From positions 14,818,001 through 14,882,000 of the forward strand of contig JAQFVV010000010.1 of NCBI GenBank assembly GCA_028023455.1: 64,000 bases of DNA. Reading direction: 5' to 3'. Below the pieces are notes generated by a model. The model was not told the origin of the DNA, did not search any database, and was given only the letters and a program-made list of their open reading frames with translations. This document shows, piece by piece, positions 35,881 to 50,490 of the stretch (the first letter of the stretch is position 1; every line of letters starts with the position of its first letter). This stretch comes from Epiperipatus broadwayi (taxonomy: Eukaryota > Animalia > Onychophora). The position numbers were made by a program, and so were the translations under genes.

Positions 35881-37772
35881 TAATTGTTCTTACAGAATTT
35901 TATCCTTCTAGCATATTTCGAGAATTGTACCAAACACATTTCTGATATGTATAATTCAAAATAAATGTATTTTAAAAAGAATTTGATACCAGGTTTTAAA
36001 GGATTTTGTTGTTATTATCTTATGCAATGTACAGTAAATAAAGCATTTACTGTTAAAGAAATTCACAGGGAATTATTTTTAAATGTGTCTCTATTTAATG
36101 TTTATTCTAAGCATAACTTTATGATCCAACATAATGCATTCTGTGGAATGATTCAACTTACTCTACCAGAATAGATTTTTTTTTTTTTTTAACATCAAGA
36201 AATATATATTATATTAAATATTTTTTTATGATTTGAATTTTCGTATGTATTAACAATTAATTAATATTCTATATTAAATTTTAATAAACTGTTTGTAATT
36301 GTTGTTAGTATATACATATGCCTGTGTTAGAAGTTGTGGAATATTTCTAAATACATTGTTTCTAAATCTTGAAATAATTCAAAATTGTTTGTTTTATATA
36401 TTATTGTATGGTACTTAATACAGATAATACTATCATAATTCAGACAATTCATAGATAGTATCTGTATATGCTTATTGTTTCTTGAATGATATTCAGATAA
36501 TACTTTCTTAAAAAATCTTGCATGAGTATGGTTTTAGCAGGCAGTTTACCTATATATATATAATATTCATAAATTATTAAACTAATAATAAATCTTAATC
36601 ATTTCATTAATATAGCTTATGATTTATTTATTTTTCTACTTTTTTCTAAACATTATTGAGATACAGCCAATGCCTATATATTACTTTTTTTTTTCTTTTG
36701 CCAGTATTGTCGTGTGTTTTAATTAAAGGAAAATAGAATATTTTTTTTCCTAGTTGTATTATTTACTACATAAGCACTTACTTAATCTGGCTTCTATAGT
36801 ACAAAATGATTGTGTTGATAATTTTCATGGTTATTCTATATAAATAAGTTATAATTACAAAAAACAATTATCTATAACTTAATATTTTTAAGAGAATTGC
36901 CCTTTGTAGTTCAACATAATGGTAGAGGGATGGATTTGAACTAACGTTTTTTTTAATCAATTCTCAGTTAATGAATGTATCATAGTCTAGTTGAAAATAA
37001 TTAATAAATGTTGAAACTTAGTATGAGTAGCTGCTGCTTTTCAATAATTAAATTTGGGAATTTCAAGAATAGAAGATATCAATTTAAAAATTACAATAAA
37101 TAAACCATCTGTGGTCTCCTTTAATTTGATAAACTGTTATTTATTTTGTGGAGAGAAAGTGGTCTGAGTTTTTTTGTGAATGATTGCAATGTGATGGAGT
37201 TGAAATGAGAGATACACTGATAAAAATAAATTTAGTCAATTGAGAGGTCCTATTGTATTTACCTTATCTTTTTTTTTTTTGCTCAATTGTCTATTTATTG
37301 AATATTTGTATGAGCTTTATAACCTGTCTTTAATGCTCATTTTTTGGCTTGCATTCAATAAGTGCATTCTAGTTTTCTTTTATAGAAATGTATGCCTTTT
37401 ACTTATTGAATAAACTTTTTTTATATAGAAAAACTTATTAAGTACACCATCCTTCTCTCATGTATAATGGATCCTTATATAAGAATTCATCTTAGTCATT
37501 ATTAACAATTTGTATCCACTATTCCAATTCAAAATCTATTCATAATAGGAATCTTTCAAAAAAAAATTCTTTTTTTTTGAAAATGTGCGAAATTGTGAGA
37601 GAATGATGATGTCATAGGATAGCAATTTCGTGAAAGCAACATCATTGGAAAATGATAAAGTTGTGCCAAAAAAGTACAGTACAATGTGGTTCATTACACA
37701 AAATGAATATATAATGAATCAAAAAACTAATAGCATTCAAATCAGCAAAAAGTCAATGTTCTCAGCAGACCG

Positions 37773-37812
37773 ACCATAAATATGATGTGAAAACATCGAA
37801 AGTATACTCGGT
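37773..37812 (+). ncRNA. Putative minimal type-I hammerhead, A3:U8 core variant, copy 2 (G5A)
   Basis: ACC-ATAAATA-T-GATGT(GAAA)ACATC-GAAA-GTATAC-TC-GGT; helix I ACC/GGT intact. Confidence 0.55.
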
Positions 37813-39070
37813 ACAATAAATATTATTAAATTTTATAATTAAATTCTGTGTATTATTTTACATTAATATTTAGAATGGCAGAGTATGGAAACATAATGAT
37901 ATAAGAATTGTGTTTTGATCATACAATTAAAACATTTACTCAACTAAATTTCATTGAGTCCTTTTTAAAGACATCTTGTATTTTAATTTATGACACATCT
38001 AAAATAAATAAAACTTTTGTCATAAACAGTAAAAAAAAAAAATACAAATTTTATTAAGTAACAATGCATAATCAAAAACATACTCTGATCATATAACTAA
38101 CTCATTTCTGAAATATCCAAGATAATGGAATCTTTCGTTACATATGTCAGCAAAAAAATATAAATTTTATTCGTACATGACATTGTTTAATATATATATA
38201 CTCTAGCGATTTTTATTTAAATTTTTTTAAATACTAATTCCTTCCAAAGCAAAAATACTGCTATCATATATTTAAAATAGTTTTATTAAATAAGATATAA
38301 AAAAAATTATTTCATGTATTATGCAATTAATAATTTCAGGTGATCAAATAGTGTTAAACGAGAGTTGAAAATATTACTTAGTTGCTTAATTTTATCAGTT
38401 CCTTGTAATCCATTTTTTAGATATCAAAGGTAATGCACCTTTCATCACAAATGTAAAAAAAATATTGGGGAAAAAAAAGGCAAAAAACAAAACGTTTTTT
38501 AGTACAGAATTAAAAACAAACAGCCATATATATAATATATTCAACAGCAAAATGCATTGATAATAATTTTTCAAATGTGACATTACTCTAAAAAACAGTT
38601 GTTTATATTTTTTGCAACTAAAAATTTTAATTTTGCCCAGGCCAAAATGTGCTATTTTAATTGAAATTAATAAGGGCGAAAGAAAAAGATTTAATTATGT
38701 ATGCTATTAAAACTACAATGTACATTTTGTTTTGTGAAAAAGTCTATCAGCAGTGCAAAAAAACAAATCAAGGTTTTATTTGTTAGATAATTACAAAAAT
38801 AGAAATCTTTGATAACAGAACATAAAGTGCACCAAAAATAAATTGTAAAATTTATTATTTTTTTAAAATACTTCATTATAATTCAGGAAATATCAATCTA
38901 GTCCTGTGTAAGATTCCAAATGGTGGCTGTAAATTAAAAAAATATATTAAAAAAAAATTATACCAATAGAAGTATTTTTATCAAATTAATACTTTTTAAA
39001 AAAATTATTATTATTAAATCATTAAAGCATCACATGATCATTATTTCTTATGCTTATACAAATTGTTAAT

Positions 39071-39365
39071 ATAGTAGAAACTTTCCATGCAATAAAGCCA
39101 CCCAGTACAAATCTTATTAATCAATGAATGCAAGAAAGTTTGTGTATAAAATCCCTAGTGCCTAATCATCCAGTACTCACAAATGCTTCTTTCATCAGTG
39201 AGGAGCCTTGGATCTCACAGATGAAAGCCACAAGCTAGAACCTAATCTGGAGATATTGAATGAATAAGCACTAGATGGAGATTTTATGCATAAAGTCTTT
39301 TTTGCATCCATTGATTATTATGGCTTGCACTGGATGGCTCTACTGGATGAAGAAGTTTCTACTAT
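39071..39365. mobile_element. HHR family F fold-back (decayed)
   Basis: Arms atagtagaaactt / aagtttctactat; minus 5'-half ggctcctca-CTGATGA-A at 39191-39207; plus ca-CAGATGA-aagccacaagcta-GAA-cctaa-tc-tggag at about 39216-39252. Confidence 0.75.
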
Positions 39366-40046
39366 ATTATAAATATACTCAGTAAAATATTTATTCATTA
39401 ATTATCACTTTCTTTTATTTTTACTTTAGGCTTTACTTTTTAAATCAGATTTTAAATGTTTTAGTTATATATTTTGAATTTATAGTGATTTAAATTTTTT
39501 TGGCATAAGAAATCGTTATAATTGCTTATTTCTTATACACAATTTTTGATTTGTCAAGTGTTTTGGGGAATTAATTATATAAATAAATTTACATTTTATA
39601 TGTGAATCAAGGATTACTATGGTAAAAAGAGTATAAACTATGGTTTATAACACAATAAAAAGAATATATGTTAAAATATTTACAGTTGTGTTGGAATATA
39701 ATTAATTATTTATATGATAATGACAAAAAAGTAATGATTACATTGATAAATCTGGTTAAATGGATTGTAAACAAAAATCATTGTCACAATAAAAATGGTG
39801 TTGATTATTTTAATTGGGTATTCTTATTTCATGTAAGAATACAAGTTAATTTTCATTTTTAATTAGTTACTATATATTATTTCTTTTTTATTCAAATTTT
39901 TTTATTAATTGTGGTTTAAAAAACTAAAATATAAAAAATAAAAGCATGTACAATTATCCTATATTCTTCATCATATTATAAAAATTTAAACAATTTTATT
40001 TCATTTACATTATTCATAATGACTAAATGTTCAGTTTTTGTATTTA

Positions 40047-40584
40047 TTTAGATAATATATATATACATAACCCTAAGGAACTTGAACACCGACTTTGAAA
40101 TTCTCTTCAGCTATCTGCTTTATCTCATACAATCATTACACATGACTACATACATGTGTAAAATATAAATGATCTCCAATACACGTATTTCATGCTAAAC
40201 AGCACTCATCAATTTGTTCAGATTATCATCTCCCATACATATATATAATCAGTGCTTGGTTTATATTAAGATAGCAAATCTTTACATTTTAATTGACAGA
40301 TTTCAATCTACTCTACCCTCTAACGCTTTAGCCATTCATAATCTGATGATGGAACACCCAAATTTCTTGTTGATGCCTTTGGCTCCTCAAATATAGGAGC
40401 TTATGTGTGGGAGATGATGATCTGGACCAACTGATGAATGCTGGTTCAGCAAAAAATAAGTATATTGGAGATCATTTATCTTTTTGACATGTGTGTGGTC
40501 ATGTGGATTGGTTGTATGAGATAGAATGGATAGCTGAAAGGAGCTTGAATGTCTGTGTTCAAGTCCCTTATGATTATATCTAAA
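40047..40584. mobile_element. HHR family G fold-back element, one HHR per arm
   Basis: 40047-40240 is inverted relative to about 40400-40584. Minus HHR 40175-40217 (TTGATGA-GTGCT-gttt-AGCAT-GAAA-TACGTG-TA-TTGG); plus HHR 40427-40468 (CTGATGA-ATGCT-ggttc-AGCAA-AAAA, G12 lost). Confidence 0.85.
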
Positions 40585-43569
40585 CTCCAAGTATATAAAT
40601 TATACTTGTATTCAATCAAATAATATATATATATTGTTGGTTTCTGAAGGTGTATGTTTATGTAGAAAAAACCTGGCTACTAAAAAAAAAAGTGTAGAAA
40701 ATTTTTATATTAAATAGAACACTATTTAATATCATTTAATGATTTAGAAACTTGTTATTAAAGTTTGAATCTTTAATCCATTTTGATTTAAACTTTTCTT
40801 CAGACAGTCATTTTTAATATACAACCTATCTCAGGATAGAAGATGTTTAGAAGAAAGTCAAAAGAAATTACATATTAAAAGCTTTATGAAATAAAATAAG
40901 TAAATAATCAAAGAATGATTTACTATAAATTGATCAAAATATTAATTGTTATAACTTAACATTAAAGTAGACATAATTTTAACCCCTAAAGAAAAAAAAA
41001 TACACATTTGTAATTCTTTTAATTTCATTGTTTAAATACAAAGATTTAAAAACTATATCATAATTTTAGTTCTTTGATTTTTATAAAGTTGAACATGTGA
41101 TCATTCAATGCATGATGTTTTTATGATGATATTCACAGAGTAAATTTTTTTTTCTGCTTTGCAATAAGACGACTGTTAGAGAGTTAGGTGATACCTTGTT
41201 TTATTTATATTCAATGTCTATTCTGTTATGATAATGAGGCAGTTATTTTAACTAACAGCCATATCATCCATCACTTCTTTATTCTATCACATATATAAGG
41301 CTTTTTTTATATTTATTGTTTGATTGCTTATATCACTTCTAAATGGATTGAAGAAAGAAACTAACAATACAATAATTGCCACGTTTATTATTATGTATTG
41401 AGTCAGATTTTTCTTTTGGTAAGTTGATAATTGAAAGTAAAACTGTCATTTATCAGTGTATCTACTAATTTACTGATAAAAATACCACAGGTTAATGTAG
41501 CAAATTGCCTAATTGTGATCATTCTATTAGAAAATGCATAATATTAAAATCTGAAAGCAGATATCAATAAAAACTAGTTAATTATTCATAGCAACATTCT
41601 TTTAATAAAGCTTTATGGTTATTTTTACCTGAAGCACAAATATCAAAAGTGTTAGGTATTGGAATAAAAATGGTTAACTTTTTAAAACTTAGAATTATAT
41701 TATTGAAAATCTTTTGTTCAAATAAACCTAGCAGTAGTTAGAGTATTAAACTGATGGAGTATTAATCTGCAACTCTTATAGGAGTTATGATTTATTTGAC
41801 AACTAAAAGTTTCTAGGTCAGAGGCTCCTATTTTATTTTTTATTATATATAGATTATCCTGCCTACTCTTTATCTAATGGTGTTTGAATTTATATTACTA
41901 AATGCTGATCTCTATTTATGTAAATCCATACTTAAGTAAGTAATTAGAAAATGTAATATGTAAGTATTTGTTTCTTTCATGCTTTTTATGTCTATTTTAA
42001 TAATGCATATTTTTATTTGTTTAAAAATATGTAATTGGATGTAAAAAAATTCAACTTTAGCAACAAATTGCCAAAAAGCTTTATTTATTGAAGCAAAAAA
42101 ACTCATTTTAATAAGTCTGTCAGCCTTGCTTGGAAAACTTTACTTTCAGAACAGATTCTGTATATATATATATTAAGAGTGACATATTGATAGTAGAAAA
42201 AAAAACACATCAGTAATCAGATATTAGCCAAGAAGTAATTATACATTACATTCCTGTAGTATTAAACATTAACATTATTATGCATTTTTAATTAAAAGTT
42301 AGCAAATAAAATAATTTTTAACACTAATGGCACAAATTTAAAAAAGAATAAAAATAACTTTTTTTCCAAACATCATATGTATTCATGTATCCATCTTTAT
42401 TTGTTACACTCTGTTTAACATTTTCAGTATACTATGATTTGGTTTTTATATCAGCATTCAATTTAAATTATTCAAAAATATGATTATTCTTAGAATATAA
42501 GAATGTTGTTTTGTTTTTAATCTTATATAGTGTTTATAGAAAAATTAAAATATTATATACTCAGTTTGATCTTTTATTAAATAATTTTTGTAGATCTTCT
42601 ATGGCTTTATTATACTAGGGAAGAACAATGAAGTATCACTTCTAAGAACATTTTTTTTTGTAACAATTTCAAAATTAGAAGTATTTTCACTTAATTATTT
42701 TCTTATAAATGTGATATATGGTTTGTTATTGTAAGATATTTTTGAGGAGAACATTGCTTTTTTTTTTTTTTTAGTGTGCTTCATTTCAATAATTTTATTC
42801 TGTGAGATCAAATAACAAAGCTATTTTTAAAATCTATCCAGTTTATCAATGTACTTTAACCTCAGGAGTATCCTGTTACTGATTGTTAACTTTTTTATAA
42901 TCTTAATGATTTTGATTTAGCTTCACTACAGGAGCCTTTATTAGCTGTTGTCTATCTTGCTGCCATTGTGCTTAATTGTGCAAGGTGATAACATTTTTAT
43001 TATTTTTTTAATTCGATTTCCATTCAATTTTTTTTTTCTTTCATTTAAAAATGATCTTAGATTTGTCCTGTAAGTAAAAAGTGTCATATGTAATATTTAT
43101 TTCATTTTTTTTTTAATTATTATAATTTATTAGTGAGAAAAATAAATGGTTACAAATTTTATATTATTTTGAATATAATCAAAACAAAGATGTCATATAC
43201 ATACATATTGTATATTAATCTGTATAACCATGATTGAAATGTCATATTTTGTAATTACTTAAAAAAAAGTTAATTTTCGTGAAAAAAAACCGATTTAACA
43301 TGCAAACAGTCACTTTTAATTTTTAAAAAAACTGTCACTCATAAACATCCCAAAGAGACAGCGCCAGTCACTTTTATCAATATAGAAACTATTTAATTGA
43401 GTTCGGTAATGTTTTGCTTGCGTTATTAACAAGGACAGGCCCAATTGTTGTGCCCCTCTCTCACCCAGTATTGAACAGGGCCCATGTTACCTGCACCAGG
43501 TATTGTGGAGCAATTGTCTGGTTTCTGGTCCTAATTTTTTTTTTATTATTATTACAAAACACTGATCTC

Positions 43570-45130
43570 ATGCAATCTGACACTCAGTAGAAACACATTT
43601 TACATCTAATCCATCAAATCATGAAGATTAGAAAAATTGAAATTCTTATTAATGGGAATATGCCTTTTTCCAATCCTTCTGACAGTGATACTAAGACATG
43701 ATCTGTACTCTCATCTTCTTTGTGACAGAGTTGACATATTGGATCAACTTTTGTAATGAATTTTTTTTTGTGATAGAAAATAATTAGTGGAAAGAGCTGA
43801 TAAATTAATTTTAATGAGGAAATCCAAGTACTTTGGTTCTAAATGTCAGTGAATTAACCTCCTAATTAAGGATTTATTAGTTGTATTTAGATTTGTGGGA
43901 GATTGTGAAATTTGGAAGGAGTTGTTTATCATTTCATAGGCTTCCCAGAATTTAATCTTTGTTGTGAATGATTGATTATTGATGGTACTCCAAGAAACTA
44001 TAAATTTTATAGTTGTGCAAATAAACTATTTTTGGTAGCCGGGTATCTGTCGGGTTGACTGTAAGAAATTTTTTTAAGTTTGGGTAATTGTATATCAATT
44101 TCACAACATTGTTGTAAGCCTTTTTGAAAGTAGAATGTATGGATAGATTGGAGCGAAAGGCCGTTTTTTTGGAGTGCTTTTGTAGGTTTTTAATATTCAA
44201 TGCTACCACACTTTTATTCCAGAACACTTCTGTACAAAATGAATGTATTTTTTTACTAAAAGCATTTGTAACTTTGGTCACTGGCATATAGTAGTTTATC
44301 TTTGGGAATGTTAATATGTTGATCAGTGATATTTTTGCATGTAACGAAAGGTAAATGTTGTTTGATTATTTTTTCTGTAGTTGCAATTATGGAGTTTTGT
44401 ATTGCCATTCTCATCACACTTGTAAATTTGTATATAGGAAAACCTAGAAGGCCACGGGGTGAAGCAGTAAAATTTGACTGGATACTTGCACCATTTAATA
44501 ATCTCCAGGTAGAGGATTTTTCAAAATTGAATTTGAGCCCAAATTGAGTTGTATCATTTTCTGGGATAGTAATTAGTGATAGGAGGTATTTCTTTGATGG
44601 CAAAAACACTGCAATATCATCCGTATAAGATATATGTCTAACCGGTTCTCCAAGTACTGGAACCTCTATTCCCAGGAGTTTTCTTTCAATCGCCATTAAC
44701 AATGGGTTAATGTAAGTGACAAAAAAAAAGGAGAACTAAGTGGTGAGCCTTGCAGATTTGAGCTGCTAGGGATAAAACCTGGAGTGCTCTTTCTATTTAG
44801 TGTGATAATAATTTGTCTGTTATTTAGGAGATTGAATATTATATTTCTTATGGGTGTAGGTATGTTGTTAATTTTTAATAGCTCTATGAGTTGTCTATTT
44901 TGAATCAAAGGCTGCAGTTGTATCCAACTGCACTACCATCGGACCCATTTTTTTTTGTCTTAATCTGATCTTTTATTATATTGAAAAGTGTGATCACCTT
45001 GGTTGTGGAGGTACTTCTTTTGGAAAATTGGTATTTTGATATGTGCGATAGTAAAATTGGTTGAATTTTGTCCTTTATAATAGATTCAATAATTTTGATT
45101 TGGTGATTGATTCTTAAAATAAATTAGTTA
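43570..45130 (-). mobile_element. L1/Tx1-type LINE ORF2 relic (RT plus CCHC knuckle)
   Basis: VQLDTTAAFDS, LQGSPLSSPFF, HISYTDDIAVFL, FGLKFNFEKS, then PICQLCHKEDESTDHV; many frameshifts and stops. Confidence 0.85.
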
Positions 45131-45323
45131 CTGTTTTATTTACTGGGGGGGGGGGGAATATGATGGGTTCCCATTAGAGAAATGTCAACTATCTATTTAA
45201 AGTAGCCATCAGATTTTTGTAAAATTAAAATATACTGTATTTATTCTGTTGATTACCTTTAAATTTATTTTAGTTTTTTTTGTATGTGTGCATGTGCAAT
45301 TTATTTATGTATTACCAATATTT

Positions 45324-45509
45324 TATATAATGAGTGTGCCAATAGCTCTTAACAAGCTTTTCAGAATATTTCTATCCTCAGACTGGTTTCTAGCTTGGCT
45401 TTCGTCAGTGAGGGGCTAGGATATTCAAGCATTAGATTTAAAATACCAGATAAAGCCAGAACTAGAAAACGGTCTGAGGATAGGGATATTCTGAAACACT
45501 CATTATATA
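45324..45509. mobile_element. Family F-related short fold-back with two HHR arms
   Basis: Arms tatataatgagtgt...tatcctcagac / gtctgaggata...acactcattatata; the plus HHR at about 45445-45480 is decayed. Confidence 0.8.
45375..45414 (-). ncRNA. Type-I hammerhead motif, family F type, core intact
   Basis: Reverse complement CCCTCA-CTGACGA-A-AGC(CAA)GCT-A-GAAA-CCAG-TC-TGAGGA. Confidence 0.75.
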
Positions 45510-47368
45510 ACATTTGTAAACCAGGCTTATTAAATTAAATCACATGATATATGACTTCATTTTCTTGCAATTACAATATTTTGTATATGTATGTGTGTGT
45601 GTGTTTTTAAGTTACAGGTAGTCAATCCTATACTTTCCCAAATCTGATTTTTATATATCTGATCATACTTAAACAAATTATCACCTATATATATAAAGTG
45701 TACAAAAAATGCTTATCTTAGTTTATGTAAGGTTTTTTTTTTTTAGTTTTATTTGTTAAAAAGTATTTTCATATTCTGCACCATTACTACTGATATGTTT
45801 ATCCAAAGGGAAAATCTGACTTCTAAAATTCAACTTAGACAAAAATCACCTACATGATATTATACTGTGGGTATAACAGAAAAATTATCAATCAAATAAT
45901 CAAATGAATTTATTGCAGATGAGTTTATAAGAAGTTTGAACACCAAAGTGATAACTAGATATAATATCTATAGACCTTATATTCTTGAATTTGCCACTCT
46001 ACCACTTAATGTTTTTTTATCTATTTAAGGAAATGTATTACCTAAATGAGAATGTGCATTCTCTACATTATGATGATTTTATTATTAAAATCTATTTTAT
46101 ACTAGAAATCATTATTATCAATGTTATTCTCTACTGGAAGAATATGATGATTATTTCTAATCTCATTACCTAGAAATTGTTACTATCACTGGAATATTAT
46201 AATGATTTAATTTTATTTATACTACATATATTTTTATTACCATCCCCTTCCCCCACTATCATTTTAAAAAGATGTACATTAACAGTAAGTTTTAAATTAT
46301 TCATATATATATATATGGTCTGCCTTTATTTGTGTGTGTTATGACAGATAATATTAATGTAGGAATACATTTTTTTAATAGATTAATATCAAATGTTGCT
46401 GAAAGAAGTTAATATTGTTCTATTCATATCAGTAGTTTGTGGCATTGCATTTTCTTTTATTATTTTATAATATTTAGCTATATATAAATGTCCCAAATTA
46501 AGCACATTCTTATCACAGTCCTGTGTATTTTAGTTCACTGCTCTCAAGATTTGCACTTTTCTGGTTCAAAGCTCTATCACTTCTAGTGCAGGAACTTTTG
46601 ATTATTAAGTCCACAACTCTTGTCATTCTTTTAAACTGTATATGGTGAGAAATAACTATGTGAGTTAGTCAGGAAGTCAAGTGATGTATGAACTCCAAAA
46701 TGACTGACAGAATATAGTAAATTTCATAATTAACAAACAAATTTTATTTATATATCTTACTCCACTGGAAATCAATTCTTGAAACTTCAATTCTTGAGTT
46801 CAGTAATGTAAACTTCACATGGAAATTAATTGGTGAGAGGCTTGGAAGTTCTTTGGCACTTTGTTTTTCTTCATCATTTTTATTATTTTAATTTATACAA
46901 AGTTTTTAAAACACCTATTTTGTTTTTTAAGTGTAAGGTTGTACTTTTTTCACATTTCAGAGAACCTTTTTAACTGAAAAATTTTGAATAGAGAAGTGGA
47001 AAATGTTATAGAATCATTTATTTGTAAAGATAATGTGTCATCAATGGCATGATATTTATCAAAAAAAAAAAAAAAATCTGCTTATTAAATATGTTAAAAG
47101 AATATTTCATATGAAATGATTTTTTACTACCACAACAACAACAACAAAAAATGTTTTCTGGTCTTATGAAAAAACCTGCTTTATGATTTGCACCATATTT
47201 TAATGCATATACTAATTACAAATTGTTAAATTCTGCATTACATATACAGTTAAATATTATTCATAAAGTTTTGGATTATATAATTTTTAATCTAATGATT
47301 TAGTGATTTAATACATTTGTAAATTATCAGAATATTTTCGAGTTCTGTATTATTGTGTGCTTATATAT

Positions 47369-47517
47369 ATCATCATCATCATCATCAACCATTATCAATC
47401 CACTGCAGGATGAAGGTCTCTCCAAGTTTAATCCATCTTCTCCGATCTTTAGCTTCTCTTCTCCACAACACCCCTGCACATTTTCTTATTTCATCCATCC
47501 ATCTCACATGCGGTCTC
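47369..47517 (-). mobile_element. RTE LINE extreme 3' end (149 bp)
   Basis: Near-identical reverse complement of about 26967-27116, with a (CAT)n tail. Confidence 0.9.
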
Positions 47518-50268
47518 ATATATATATATATATATAAGATATGCATTAGACTCGCATGATATATGTATAAAGAATAAGTATCATGATTACTTATGAATTT
47601 GTTACATTTTAATAACAATATAGTATAGGTAGGTAAAAAAAATAAAACACTCTTTAAGTAGGCAATAGCATGGCAAAGATTTCATCAATTCACCAGTGAG
47701 GAACAGTGTAGGAGAACGACATCCATTTATCAAACAATATTACATTGTTAGCTGGATTGTTTTGGGGCTGTCTATTTGAAGGAAAATTTAAACCTAGTTA
47801 GAGTCTAAAAAAAAAATTATTTTACAAGCTTGAATTTAAATTTAGGTCATGGGCATGGAAAAAGGATATGCTGCTATGAGGCCTTTAATATAAATCTATG
47901 TGTAAATAAATGTAAACATGGTAATGTATATTAATTATATATTTTAAAGAAGAATGCAAATATGGTCAAAAAATTTTTTAAAAAGCATTAAAATATTATG
48001 CATATCTTTATTTACTTATATATATTATTTATATTCAGTGCCAAGAAGGATGAGATATTAAATTGTAAATATTAAATTAAAAAAATATGTTCTGCATTTA
48101 TTTTAAAATATCATCATAAGTATCTTCCTTATTAAATCATTTTTACTAAAATAATCTTGAAATGGTGAATATAAAAATATTCTGATGCATTAATAATTTA
48201 AAATGTCGGCTTTTTTTCTCAAAACTATTTTAAAAATCGATAATCACAAAGTAGTCTTAAACTAGTTGTATGAGTGTAATACTAATGTTAACTAATTCTT
48301 TTACATCTACCAAGTTTATTCAATTGTGCTATATTCTATGAATTCTTTAAATTCCTAAGTGTTACATAATAAATATAATTTTTGTTTTAATTTTTTTTTC
48401 TAGACTAAACAATTTGTATACAATCTTTTTTTTTTTTTTTGTGACTATATATCATTTTAAAGACTTCATTATATCTATCCTTTTTTTTTTTTGGATTTTC
48501 CCTTCATTTTTCTATGCATATTCACAATTCAAGGATTTTCTAATGCTTTTCTCTTGTGTAATTGATTGTTTATATCTGTGGTTTATATCTATCCTTTTTT
48601 AATTGTCATTTATCTAAATATTCTATGTTCTGTTGTACTTTTTATTTACATGAATATCATATTTTATTTCAAATTCTTTAATATATAATAAATGAATATT
48701 AAAAATAAGCATAAATAAATAATTGTTTCATTAAATTCTTCTAATTTGTTTTTTTCTTCTGTTTTCATTTTACATTTTATTAATAATTTTTCATTTTTTT
48801 ATTTAAAAAAAAAAATGCATATTGTCGATAAATAATGTATTAACTTTGCATCTTTTACTTTGTTTTGCGATAAAATATTTTTATCTTGTAGGTGACATAG
48901 AATAGCCTTATCTATTTATTTATTATTCAGTTGCTGACTTCTCCAAATTAGTATTTGTTTTTCCATGTACCCTTAAAATATGATTGCGTACATTATTTTT
49001 TGTTAAAAGACTTCATGGTGTAGTAGATAGCACAGTTACTTGCCTTGAACATAACCTGGGATTTGAATTTGGATTGCATAGACTTTGAAATATTTCCAGA
49101 TTATAATTAAGTTTAACAATTTTATTTTTTAGATTGTCAGCCTATAGACAATGGGTCAGAAAATGGGTATCTAATTATTCTCAATTAGAAGGTAAAACAA
49201 ACAAGGAAAATTTTAAGCTCTCACTAGCTAGTAATTGGCTAGACTAATAAGTAATGCTGTCTTCATTTGTTTCACTTTGGGAAACTATTGGAGAGGCCTT
49301 TACCAAACAGTGATTTATTTAAAAGCTATTTTATATCTTGCCTTTATATTATTTTTACAATAAATAAGCAAAATGGCCAGACTCTGATAGTGTTAACAAC
49401 ATTTTTGATACTGATAAGTTCTTCCATGCAAACAAACTTCAAAATTACAATCAGTTATCCAAGAAAAACAATGTATTATAATTGTTAGTACCAGTAGTCC
49501 ATAAATAAGGCTCAATATCATTTTAAAAATTGAATATGAACATTTTATCTTTAATGGTAATTTTAATGTGTTTTGGAAAGCAACGAGAAAAATATTTGAT
49601 TATAATCTACAGAAAACAAAAAATCTATAGGTCCAAAATCTTTAACAATCAATGTTTTCACAGTTTTTCATCCCATATATATAAATTTTGTATTAATCTT
49701 TTATACGTACTAGGAAATAATTTTTATTTTATTGCACTCCACCCCCACCCACCACCATTAGTTTCTTTTTTTAATAACTGTTTTTTAAGAACTTGGTTAT
49801 CAATATTATCAGATTCCTTGTGTCAATGGCTATTTTTTATTGTATTACTGCAATGATTTTTTCCCTCACAGATCATTGATTATATATAAGAATAATAATC
49901 AAATATTATTTTGATGTTAATTCTGGCGGAAAAACTTACCATTCAATTCTTTAGTTAAATTTTTGAAACTAGAAAATTAGATTGCTGGGGCATAATTGTC
50001 TATTTTGATTTTCCATGATTAAATATGAATTACATGTGTTTTGTTGGATTTTTTCTACGATTTATACATAATGTGTTTTTTTTATTATTATATGTATACA
50101 AAACATTTTATAATCATTAATACAAAATAGTCGTCACACATTATTTTTATTAATTGTGAGATCTTTCAAGTTTACTTAGACTTCTAATAATGCTGTTATT
50201 AATGAGACTAACATTTTTTTGATGAAGGCTTAATCTTGACTTTACTTCTTTAAAGTCAAGTATGAAGA

Positions 50269-50490
50269 TTGGCTATCTTAATATAAATTGAGCACTGATT
50301 ATATATATGTGTGAGGATAGTAATCTAGACCAACTGATGATTGTTGGCTTAGCATGAAATACGTATATTGGTGATTATTTATCTTTTCAACATGTGTGTG
50401 ATCAGGTGGGTCAGCAATATAAGATGGCACTGAGAGTAGTGGGTCGTGTGAAAGTCTGAGTTCGAATCCCGCATATATTACATATATAAA
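50269..50490 (+). mobile_element. HHR family G copy with downstream B-box-like GAGTTCGAATCCC
   Basis: Aligns by eye with 10747-10960 and 40400-40584. Confidence 0.8.
50329..50372 (+). ncRNA. Type-I hammerhead motif, family G, core intact
   Basis: ACCAA-CTGATGA-T-TGTT(GGCTT)AGCA-T-GAAA-TACGTA-TA-TTGGT; 5-bp helix I, palindromic helix III ATACGTAT, UA site at 50367. Confidence 0.85.

Noticed and set aside
40326-40360. CTGATGA-TGGAACACC-CAAA in the family G spacer
   Set aside because: G12 is missing, helix II is only 2 bp, and there is no helix I.
49015-49080. tRNA-like sequence (also about 16215-16260 and 27885-27940)
   Set aside because: Only partial A-box/B-box resemblance and no cloverleaf; probably ancient SINE debris, too decayed to call.
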